DNA of 64,000 bases from Gelidibacter sp. (lineage in GTDB: Bacteria > Bacteroidota > Bacteroidia > Flavobacteriales > Flavobacteriaceae), in NCBI RefSeq assembly GCF_039916245.1, contig NZ_JBDSLS010000108.1:1230-65229 (forward strand), given 5' to 3'. Shown piece by piece: positions 56,168 through 64,000 of the stretch (position 1 is the first letter of the stretch; each line of letters starts with the position of its first letter). The position numbers and the translations under genes are program-made. The notes beneath the pieces were generated by a model. The model did not search any database. It was not told where the DNA came from and worked only from the letters and a program-made list of their open reading frames with translations.

Positions 56168-58018
56168 ATGTCTGAAAAAGAAACAAACCCAGAAGTAGTA
56201 TCTACAGAAAACACAGTAGAAACTCAAACTACTGAAAAAGCAGCTCCTAAAGTATCAGAAGCGCAAGCAAACCCTGAAAAATTCCTAGCAGAATTCAACT
56301 GGCACAATTACGAAGAAGGAATTGAGCAAGTAGATGACAAAAAACTACAGGAATTTGAAAAGTTAGTATCAGAAAATTTCGTGGATACCCTTGATGATGA
56401 AGTTGTTGAAGGTGTAGTGATCCATATTACTGATCGTGATGCTATTATTGACATCAACGCAAAATCGGAAGGTGTAATTTCTCTTAACGAGTTCCGTTAC
56501 AACCCGAATTTAAAAGTTGGCGACAAAGTAGAAGTATTAATTGATGTACGTGAAGATGCTAACGGACAGTTGGTGTTATCTCATCGTAAAGCTAGAGTAA
56601 TCAAAGCTTGGGATCGTGTAAACAATGCGCATGACACTGGCGAAATCGTAAACGGTTTTGTTAAATGTCGTACAAAAGGTGGTATGATCGTTGACGTTTT
56701 TGGTATCGAAGCGTTCTTACCAGGATCACAAATTGATGTGAAACCTATTAGAGATTACGATCAGTACGTTAATAAAACAATGGAATTTAAAGTTGTGAAA
56801 ATCAACCACGAATTCAAAAACATTGTGGTTTCTCATAAAGCGCTTATTGAAGCGGATATTGAAGAGCAGAAAAAAGAAATCATCAGCCAGTTAGAAAAAG
56901 GACAAGTATTAGAAGGTGTTGTTAAAAACATTACTTCTTACGGTGTCTTTATCGATCTTGGTGGTGTAGATGGATTGGTTCACATTACTGACCTTTCTTG
57001 GTCACGTATCAACCATCCAAACGAAATTGTTGAATTGGATCAAAAACTTAACGTTGTTATCCTTGATTTTGATGAAGATAAATCAAGAATCCAATTAGGT
57101 TTAAAACAATTGAGCAAACATCCTTGGGAAGCTTTAGGCGAAAACGTAAAAGTTGGAGACAAAGTAAAAGGAAAAGTTGTTGTTATTGCTGATTACGGTG
57201 CATTTATTGAAGTAGAAGAAGGTGTCGAAGGCTTAGTTCACGTAAGTGAAATGTCTTGGTCAACCCATTTACGTTCTGCTCAAGATTTCGTAAAAGTAGG
57301 TGATGAAATTGAAGCGGTTATTTTAACTCTTGATAGAGAAGACCGTAAAATGTCATTAGGTATCAAACAATTGACGCCAGATCCATGGACTGATATTACC
57401 AACAAATACCCAGTAGGTTCACGCCATACAGGTATTGTACGTAACTTCACTAACTTTGGTGTGTTTGTAGAATTGGAGGAAGGTATTGACGGATTGATTT
57501 ATATCTCTGATCTATCTTGGACTAAGAAAATCAAGCATCCAAGTGAGTTCTGTAATGTAGGTGATACATTAGATGTTGTGGTATTGGAATTAGATGTTGA
57601 CGGACGTAAATTAAGTTTAGGTCATAAACAAACTACTGACAATCCTTGGGACAAATACGAAACTGAATTTGCTCTAGGTACTACGCATACAGCAGAAATT
57701 TCTGAAATGGTAGATAAAGGTGCAACTGTTGAGTTTAACGAGGATATCGTTGCTTTCGTACCGGCACGTCATTTAGAAATGGAAGATGGTAAAAAATTGA
57801 AAAAAGGTGACACTGCTGAATTCAAAATTATTGAGTTCAATAAAGAATTCAAACGTGTTGTTGCTTCTCATACTGCTATCTTTAAAGAAGAAGAGATTGC
57901 TAACGTAAAAGCTGCTGTTGCAAAACAAGAAGCTACTCAAGCAGAAGCAAAACCAACACTTGGTGATGCTAATGATACTTTACAAGCTCTTAAAGACAGA
58001 ATGGAAGGGAAAATATAA
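56168..58018 (+). CDS. rpsA: 30S ribosomal protein S1
   Basis: Six S1 repeats (AFLPGSQID, FIDLGGVDGLVHITDLSW, EGLVHVSEMSW); -7 TATTTTTG 56038-56045. Confidence 0.97.
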   Translation: MSEKETNPEVVSTENTVETQTTEKAAPKVSEAQANPEKFLAEFNWHNYEEGIEQVDDKKLQEFEKLVSENFVDTLDDEVVEGVVIHITDRDAIIDINAKSEGVISLNEFRYNPNLKVGDKVEVLIDVREDANGQLVLSHRKARVIKAWDRVNNAHDTGEIVNGFVKCRTKGGMIVDVFGIEAFLPGSQIDVKPIRDYDQYVNKTMEFKVVKINHEFKNIVVSHKALIEADIEEQKKEIISQLEKGQVLEGVVKNITSYGVFIDLGGVDGLVHITDLSWSRINHPNEIVELDQKLNVVILDFDEDKSRIQLGLKQLSKHPWEALGENVKVGDKVKGKVVVIADYGAFIEVEEGVEGLVHVSEMSWSTHLRSAQDFVKVGDEIEAVILTLDREDRKMSLGIKQLTPDPWTDITNKYPVGSRHTGIVRNFTNFGVFVELEEGIDGLIYISDLSWTKKIKHPSEFCNVGDTLDVVVLELDVDGRKLSLGHKQTTDNPWDKYETEFALGTTHTAEISEMVDKGATVEFNEDIVAFVPARHLEMEDGKKLKKGDTAEFKIIEFNKEFKRVVASHTAIFKEEEIANVKAAVAKQEATQAEAKPTLGDANDTLQALKDRMEGKI

Positions 58019-58020
58019 TT

Positions 58021-58044
58021 GAATTCCTGCGCAGGCAGGAATCT
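58021..58044. repeat. REP-like hairpin after rpsA
   Basis: ATTCCTGC-gcag-GCAGGAATC. Confidence 0.7.
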
Positions 58045-58070
58045 ATTATAATTCTCAACATAATAAAAGG

Positions 58071-58103
58071 AAAGCCTTCAACATCACGTTGAGGGCTTTT
58101 TTT
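58071..58103. terminator. Intrinsic terminator after rpsA
   Basis: AAAGCCTTCAAC-atcac-GTTGAGGGCTTTTTTT. Confidence 0.85.
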
Positions 58104-58276
58104 ATTTTAAAAGTCGGCATATCAATAATTTGGCTCAGTTCTGCCAATTCTGATAGAAGAACAATGCAATTAAACTTCAATTTCACAACAAACATCTCCA
58201 CAACTAAACAAGTGAAAAACCATTGCACACTTGAATTTTTATCCTAAATTTGTAAACCAAATCCGTTTGGAAAACT

Positions 58277-58816
58277 ATGAGCCAAAAAGTTCTACTTAAC
58301 GCAAAAGAGGTAAACATCATTCTTCATCGATTGGCTTGTCAACTGATTGAAAAACACAACGACTTTTCTAATACCGTTCTTATTGGGATTCAGCCCCGTG
58401 GCAAATATTTGGCCAACAGGTTAACCCAAATTTTAAAGGACGACTATAGCATTAAAAACATTCAATTAGGACTCTTGGACATCACTTTTTTTAGGGATGA
58501 TTTCCGTCGTGGAGAAAAACCTTTGGAAGCCAATACCACTGAAATTAATTTTATTGTCGAGGATAAAAACATTGTCTTTATTGATGATGTGCTTTATACA
58601 GGACGAAGTATTCGTGCGGCTTTAACAGCCATTCAATCTTTTGGAAGACCTAATGAAATTGAATTATTGACCTTAATCGACCGACGATTTAGCCGACATT
58701 TACCAATTCAGCCCAATTACCGAGGACGCCAGGTAGATGCCATCAATGAAGAAAAAGTGAAAGTGAACTGGGTTGAAAATGGAGGAGAAGATGCTGTTTA
58801 TTTAGTTAACAATTGA
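58277..58816 (+). CDS. pyrR: PyrR (pyr regulator / UPRTase fold)
   Basis: LDITFFRDD, IVFIDDVLYTGRSIRAAL, DRRFSRHLPIQP; upstream of pyrB; -7 TAAATTTG 58245-58252. Confidence 0.9.
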   Translation: MSQKVLLNAKEVNIILHRLACQLIEKHNDFSNTVLIGIQPRGKYLANRLTQILKDDYSIKNIQLGLLDITFFRDDFRRGEKPLEANTTEINFIVEDKNIVFIDDVLYTGRSIRAALTAIQSFGRPNEIELLTLIDRRFSRHLPIQPNYRGRQVDAINEEKVKVNWVENGGEDAVYLVNN

Positions 58817-58818
58817 CC

Positions 58819-59169
58819 ATGACGAGTGAAGAATTATTTCAAATAGATAAGAAAATCTCCGAAAATGGCGATGAAGTGATCGTGTCTTTTGGAGCTTTTG
58901 ATGGTTTGGATGAAATTCATCGCGTAGATGCCATGATGTTTGATAATATTTCTGAAGACGTTGGCCGATATGATGGCCATGAAGTAAATATGGAGGATAC
59001 GGATGGACGTCTTTTTGCCTATGGCAGAAATGCCGAAGAACTATTTAAGTTGATGCAACCAATTTTACTGCAATTTGACTTTTTACAAAAAGCGATGGTG
59101 TATTTGCGTTTCAATAATGAAGACGGTTCGCATAGTGAACTTGAGTTTAGATTAGAGGAAGTTGCGTAG
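58819..59169 (+). CDS. Acidic hypothetical protein between pyrR and pyrB
   Basis: 116 aa from ATG 58819, 2 nt after the pyrR stop; GRYDGHE and GRLFAYG motifs; D/E-rich. Confidence 0.7.
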   Translation: MTSEELFQIDKKISENGDEVIVSFGAFDGLDEIHRVDAMMFDNISEDVGRYDGHEVNMEDTDGRLFAYGRNAEELFKLMQPILLQFDFLQKAMVYLRFNNEDGSHSELEFRLEEVA

Positions 59170-59325
59170 GAAGTGGGCAGAGGAAAGAATATAGAAGATA
59201 GAAGATAGAATATAGAGGGTAGAATGTAGAGTAAACGAAATAGAAATTGCCTGCCCGTCCGTAGCTTTAGCGAAGGCTGGAAGTCGAAAATGAACTTGAA
59301 ACCTTGAATTCTGAACCTTGAACTT
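59170..59325. repeat. Composite tract: 11 ATAGAnn heptamers, GC-rich insert, TGAAC heptamers
   Basis: 59170-59246 ...ATAGAAG ATAGAAG ATAGAAT ATAGAGG GTAGAAT GTAGAGT...; CCTGCCCGTCCGTAGCTTTAGCGAAGGCTGG 59250-59280; TGAA at 59291, 59297, 59305, 59312, 59319. Confidence 0.8.
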
Positions 59326-59379
59326 TAATCGCGTTGAGTAAGAATAAAAAATAGAAATAATCAATAAATAACACCTACA

Positions 59380-60309
59380 ATGAGCGAATTAAGTGTCAAT
59401 CACTTATTGGGAATAAAATATCTGAATTCACAAGATATTCAACTGATTTTTGAAACTGCTGATCATTTTAAGGAAGTCATTAATAGGCCGATCAAAAAAG
59501 TACCTTCGCTTAGAGACATAACCATTGCCAACTTATTTTTTGAGAATTCCACACGTACAAAGTTGTCTTTCGAATTGGCTGAAAAACGACTTTCTGCAGA
59601 TGTCATTAACTTTTCGGCATCACAGTCGTCCGTAACCAAAGGAGAAACCTTAATTGATACCGTAAACAATATCCTTTCCATGAAAGTAGATATGGTGGTC
59701 ATGCGACATCCAAATCCTGGCGCTAGTGTGTTTCTGTCACAACACGTTAAGGCTAGTATTATCAATGCTGGAGATGGTGCCCATGAACACCCAACTCAGG
59801 CGCTTTTGGATAGTTATTCCATTAGAGAGCGTTTAGGGGAAGTACGTGGAAAAAAAGTAGTCATCGTTGGCGATATTTTGCATAGTCGCGTCGCGCTTTC
59901 CAATATATTCGCACTTCAGTTACAGGGCGCTCAAGTCATGGTTTGCGGACCAAAAACGCTATTGCCAAAATACATTGACAAACTCGGTGTGAAAGTAGAA
60001 ACTGATCTAAAGAAAGCGTTACAATGGTGCGATGTGGCCAATATGCTTCGGGTGCAGAACGAACGTATGGACATGACCTATTTTCCATCTACAAGAGAAT
60101 ATACGCAGCAATATGGTGTGAATAAGGCCTTGCTTAATCAATTGGATAAAGAAATCATCATCATGCATCCAGGACCTATTAATCGTGGTGTGGAAATTAC
60201 CAGTGATGTGGCAGATTCCAAACAAGCCATAATTTTGGACCAGGTTCAAAATGGCGTAGCGATTAGGATGGCGGTTATTTATTTATTAGCTTCCAAAATC
60301 AAACATTAA
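59380..60309 (+). CDS. pyrB: Aspartate carbamoyltransferase catalytic subunit
   Basis: FFENSTRT, KGETL, NAGDGAHEHPTQ, VGDILHSRVA, HPGP. Confidence 0.97.
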   Translation: MSELSVNHLLGIKYLNSQDIQLIFETADHFKEVINRPIKKVPSLRDITIANLFFENSTRTKLSFELAEKRLSADVINFSASQSSVTKGETLIDTVNNILSMKVDMVVMRHPNPGASVFLSQHVKASIINAGDGAHEHPTQALLDSYSIRERLGEVRGKKVVIVGDILHSRVALSNIFALQLQGAQVMVCGPKTLLPKYIDKLGVKVETDLKKALQWCDVANMLRVQNERMDMTYFPSTREYTQQYGVNKALLNQLDKEIIIMHPGPINRGVEITSDVADSKQAIILDQVQNGVAIRMAVIYLLASKIKH

Positions 60310-60320
60310 AACCAAGACTT

Positions 60321-60653
60321 ATGATTTTTGATAAAGACAACAATACAACCCTTATCACACAAGAAAAAAGTACCATTATCGAATTGGTAAAGAAGCTTGA
60401 GGCAACTTATCCGAAATTTAAAAATGATAATGTCATCATTAATCTGTCGGTTTTAAATAAAGTGAACTTAGCTGACATCGTTGAATTTCTTGAAATTTCC
60501 AACAGACATCGTCATGCCAAACATTCTTTTGTAATTGTGACTGATCAAATCGATTTAGATGAAATGCCAGATGAAATTGCCGTGGTTCCAACGCTTAAGG
60601 AAGCTTACGACGTCATTGAAATGGAGGAGATGGAGCGCGATCTTGGTTTTTAA
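60321..60653 (+). CDS. Conserved hypothetical protein upstream of rnz
   Basis: 110-aa ORF in the operon; VVPTLKEAYDVIEMEEMERDLGF C-terminus; no HxHxDH motif. Confidence 0.8.
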   Translation: MIFDKDNNTTLITQEKSTIIELVKKLEATYPKFKNDNVIINLSVLNKVNLADIVEFLEISNRHRHAKHSFVIVTDQIDLDEMPDEIAVVPTLKEAYDVIEMEEMERDLGF

Positions 60654-60765
60654 AATAAATTTATGAGTTGAGGAGTTTAGGGTTTAGATGTTTACGAATA
60701 AAATACAATTTATTCTCATCTATTTTTGTTCTAAACTTATAACGTCAAACTTCTAAACTTAAAAA

Positions 60766-61674
60766 ATGAAACTTACAATTCTTGGTTGCTTCAGTGCAAC
60801 ACCTCGTAAAGAAGCCAATCCCACAGCTCAGGTTTTGGAAATAAACAACCATCTTTTTTTGATTGATTGTGGTGAAAATACGCAGGTAGAATTGCGCCGG
60901 AATCAGATCAAGTTCTCCCGCATTAAGCATATTTTTATTTCCCATTTACACGGCGATCATTATTTTGGGTTGGTCGGATTGATTTCAACCTTTGGATTGT
61001 TGACGCGAGAAACTGAATTGCATATCCACTGTCCGAAAGGTCTAAAGGAAGTCATAACCCTTCAAATGAAATTGGCCGATTCCTGGACCAATTACCCGCT
61101 TTATTTCCATGAATTAACAAGCAATAATTCCGAACTTATTTTTGAAGATGATAGAGTAGAAGTGTGGACCATTCCGCTAGATCATCGTATCTATACCAAC
61201 GGATTTCTGTTTAAGGAAAAGGAAGGCGAACGTCATTTGCACATGCCGTCAGTCATCGAAGCCAATATAGATATGGCCTATTATAACAAATTAAAACAAG
61301 GCTATGATGTGCTTAATAATGAAGGCGTTCTTATCGATCATAAAAAAGTAACCTTACCGCCTCATCCGCCAAAAAGTTATGCGTTTTGCAGTGACACCGC
61401 TTATAAAGAGGATATTGTGCCGCTTATAAAAGACGTGGATGTCTTATATCATGAATCGACTTTCTTAGAAAAACATGTTAATTTGGCACTAAAAACAAAA
61501 CATTCTACAGCGAAAGAAGCAGCGCTGATTGCCAAAAAAGCCAATGTAAAGACGCTTATTTTAGGTCATTTTTCAACACGTTATGATAATTTGAATGAAT
61601 TCAAAATAGAAGCGGAAACGATTTTTAAACCCGTTAAATTAGCGAATGATGGCAAGCGTTTTAATTTTGACTAA
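60766..61674 (+). CDS. rnz: Ribonuclease Z
   Basis: LIDCGENTQ, ISHLHGDH, CSDT, LYHESTF, HST, LGHFSTRY. Confidence 0.95.
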   Translation: MKLTILGCFSATPRKEANPTAQVLEINNHLFLIDCGENTQVELRRNQIKFSRIKHIFISHLHGDHYFGLVGLISTFGLLTRETELHIHCPKGLKEVITLQMKLADSWTNYPLYFHELTSNNSELIFEDDRVEVWTIPLDHRIYTNGFLFKEKEGERHLHMPSVIEANIDMAYYNKLKQGYDVLNNEGVLIDHKKVTLPPHPPKSYAFCSDTAYKEDIVPLIKDVDVLYHESTFLEKHVNLALKTKHSTAKEAALIAKKANVKTLILGHFSTRYDNLNEFKIEAETIFKPVKLANDGKRFNFD

Positions 61675-62080
61675 ACTCTTTAAGGTGTTTCACCCAACTA
61701 ATTGCCTCGTCTAAATCATCACAACGCTTTAAACTGTTTTTTGTAAACTGCTTTTCAATAGAGGCATTGATATAACTAAAATCATTGTAAGCTACTGTGG
61801 CCGTGGCAATGATAAAGTCAAATTCTTTATGAAATTTGTGCCATAATTGCGGTTCAATCGAGTAAGATTGTACTCTATTGGAAATGTAGGCGATCTTTAA
61901 ATTTTCGCCATAATAGTCAAAGGCTGCACCAATAACCTCTAAAATTTTATCCCAATCAAAATGAATACCTTCATCGAGTTCGGAGATTATAAAATTGTTA
62001 CAGAGATAAAAATTTCCAAACGAAAATTCTATTTTTGAATGTCGTATGAGCTTAAAATATTTACTTTCTTCAAATCGCAT
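61661..62080 (-). CDS. Hypothetical protein, STAS/SEC14-like (SpoIIAA-like)
   Basis: AYISNRVQSYSIEP and DDLDEAISWV patterns; overlaps the rnz 3' end by 14 nt. Confidence 0.6.
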   Translation of the reverse strand: MRFEESKYFKLIRHSKIEFSFGNFYLCNNFIISELDEGIHFDWDKILEVIGAAFDYYGENLKIAYISNRVQSYSIEPQLWHKFHKEFDFIIATATVAYNDFSYINASIEKQFTKNSLKRCDDLDEAISWVKHLKEFSQN

Positions 62081-62161
62081 TTTAGGGAAATAATGGTTAA
62101 ATTTATAAGAATTTGACGACCAAAAAAATAAATATCGCCATTAAACATAAAATTATTTGTA

Positions 62162-62809
62162 ATGAATACAGACTTAGGGAATTATAGAAAATCCTATGAA
62201 AAACAAGAATTACTGGAAGGGAATATCAGTGATAATCCTATGGAAGTTTTTCAAAAATGGTTTTATGAAGTTGATTCTAATTTTAATGAAGGTGAGACAA
62301 ATGCCATGACTATTTCTACCGTTGGATTGGATGGTTTTCCTAAAAGTAGGGTAGTGCTCCTTAAGAAATATACCCACGAAGGTTTTATCTTTTACACAAA
62401 TTACGATAGTGAAAAAGGAAAGGCTATTATCGCCAATCCTAAAGTATGTCTTTCTTTTTTTTGGCCTAAAGCCGAACGTCAAGTGATTATTAAAGGCACG
62501 GCAGAAAAAGTGTCGCCAAACATGAGTGATGGGTATTTTGAATCCCGACCTCGAGGAAGTCAATTAGGTGCCATAGTATCCCATCAAAGTGAAGTTGTTA
62601 AGAACAGAGAAGTTCTTGAAGACGAACTACATCAGTTGGAAACAGCCTATGAAGGCAAAGAAATTCCGCGACCTGAATATTGGGGAGGTTTTATTGTGAA
62701 ACCTATTTCCATTGAGTTCTGGCAAGGACGTCCCAATAGATTGCATGACCGAATTAGATTTACTTTGAGCGAAGATTTTGATTGGGTTATGGAACGACTT
62801 TCACCGTAA
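62162..62809 (+). CDS. pdxH: Pyridoxine/pyridoxamine 5'-phosphate oxidase
   Basis: SRVVLLK, FYTNYDSEKG, YFESRPRGSQ, EFWQGRPNRLHDR. Confidence 0.97.
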   Translation: MNTDLGNYRKSYEKQELLEGNISDNPMEVFQKWFYEVDSNFNEGETNAMTISTVGLDGFPKSRVVLLKKYTHEGFIFYTNYDSEKGKAIIANPKVCLSFFWPKAERQVIIKGTAEKVSPNMSDGYFESRPRGSQLGAIVSHQSEVVKNREVLEDELHQLETAYEGKEIPRPEYWGGFIVKPISIEFWQGRPNRLHDRIRFTLSEDFDWVMERLSP

Positions 62810-63039
62810 TGTTAATTGTAATTCGACGATGAACAACATTTGTTGCTTCTTATGATTTTCTGAATTTTTAAAATTCAAGCTAGGTTCTAAGGTGATGTAT
62901 TGAATATTATCAAGCTTTGTTCATGCCGCTTATCTGACTGTTTTTTTTAAACAGTTAGATAATTCTCTCAGATTTTACTCCATTGACAACATTATTTCCA
63001 TTTAGAAATACCCCATAGTTCATTTTTCCAAACTCTTGT

Positions 63040-63154
63040 TTGTCGATGAATCGTATTCATTTAACGACGTAGGACATGGTTTTAGGTTTCTAAAGTGCAT
63101 TTCATCGATGATTTACATATTAAACCGATAAAAAGCACGCGCTTTATCGATTTT
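63040..63154 (+). promoter_or_regulatory. Candidate ~21-bp-periodic operator array upstream of the CAP gene
   Basis: CGA cores at 63044, 63065, 63106, 63126, 63148 in a TTATCGATGA-like context. Confidence 0.4.
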
Positions 63155-63222
63155 AACATTTATTTAACACTTTTTTGAGGTTAGTCTTTTACTTTAGCTG
63201 TACCAAATCGAATAACCTACTT

Positions 63223-63717
63223 ATGAAATCAAGAATCTACCTACCAATGTTGGCCTTAATGGTAATGTTAATGTTTTCCTGTTCATCGGATGAGTTTCAA
63301 GAAAACCAAATAGATCAAACTGCATTAGAAAAAGCTCCACCAGCTAAATTGATTGAGATAGAGATTTTGGAGTTAATAAATAATTATAGAATTGGAATGG
63401 ATTTAGCACCCTTGAATAACTTAAGCATTATTAAATCTGTAGCCTTTACGCATACCGATTATATGGTTTCTCTCGATCAGGTTAACCATGATAATTTTTA
63501 CCAACGTAAAACAAGTTTGGTACAAAATGCTGCAGCAACTAAGGTATCAGAAAATGTGGCCTATGCCTACAGTTCGGCTCAATCAGTGGTTAAAGCATGG
63601 TTAAATAGTCCAAGTCATAAGGCAACAATAGAAGGGGATTTCACTGATTTTGATATCTCTGCTGAAATGAATTCACAAGGAAAATGGTATTTCACAAATA
63701 TATTTATAAAGCGTTAG
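63223..63717 (+). CDS. CAP (SCP-like) domain lipoprotein
   Basis: Lipobox MFSC; INNYR, HTDYM, NHDNF, SENVAY, AWLNSPSH; ATG 63223 preferred over TTG 63175. Confidence 0.88.
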   Translation: MKSRIYLPMLALMVMLMFSCSSDEFQENQIDQTALEKAPPAKLIEIEILELINNYRIGMDLAPLNNLSIIKSVAFTHTDYMVSLDQVNHDNFYQRKTSLVQNAAATKVSENVAYAYSSAQSVVKAWLNSPSHKATIEGDFTDFDISAEMNSQGKWYFTNIFIKR

Positions 63718-63756
63718 CCTGAATTTGAGTTTAAATAAAGTGTTAGTTATTTTGAA

Positions 63757-63787
63757 AGAAGCCACTCGATTACGAGTGGTTTTTTTT
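63757..63787. terminator. Intrinsic terminator
   Basis: GCCACTCG-atta-CGAGTGGTTTTTTTT. Confidence 0.8.
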
Positions 63788-64000
63788 ATTCAAAAGGGTG
63801 TTGTCCTTGATCATGTTAATGAAGCGTCTACTTAGATCAAGAACAAATTGGTTCTTTATTCCAACGATATTTTCTAGTTTAGATTTCTAGGTCTTTTAAG
63901 AGCGTAAGGTGCATTTTTCTAAGTCAAATTCGGGACTTTTTGAAGTACAAAATTCCTAAAAAATGGAAGTTAGAAACCTAACTTTTGATTAAATTGACAA

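Noticed and set aside
1466-62563. Many 60-160 aa antisense or alternate-frame ORFs overlapping established genes
   Set aside because: They lie within well-supported CDSs, lack motifs and initiation context, and are expected shadow ORFs.
1-64000. Alternative genetic code (TGA read as an amino acid)
   Set aside because: Several intact genes end at TGA (e.g. 6946, 8736, 24413, 58816) and prfB has the UGA-dependent autoregulatory site.

Overview
Chromosomal window from a Flavobacteriaceae (Bacteroidota) genome, inferred from gene content such as porQ and from TAnnTTTG -7 promoters. I found no rRNA, tRNA, CRISPR, transposase, integrase or phage genes. Most of the window is housekeeping or metabolic: an XRE regulator with aceBA, hutG/hutI, fumC, two TonB-type receptors, prfB with its programmed +1 frameshift, ptrB, a probable sulfonolipid CapA/CapB pair, msrB, glgB with a GH31, an ECF sigma cluster, lon, porQ-cmk, rpsA, pyrR-pyrB, rnz and pdxH. 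Two things stand out. (1) 1-8736 is an uncharacterised plus-strand operon built around a stand-alone classic-clade AAA ATPase, a DUF6638-like protein, a Nudix hydrolase and two membrane proteins. (2) A set of intergenic elements has 7-nt periodicity. Tracts start at or next to stop codons. Their reverse-complement arms end 5-8 nt before the next ATG. Twice they enclose a four-helix-bundle (23S rRNA IVS-protein family) gene, and both genes carry a single-nucleotide lesion. One is preceded by a decayed tandem copy of its own 3' end. Solo or empty tracts, 8-10-mer repeat families, REP-like hairpins and nested insertions occur across the window. All family calls come from motif recognition and memory, not from database searches.
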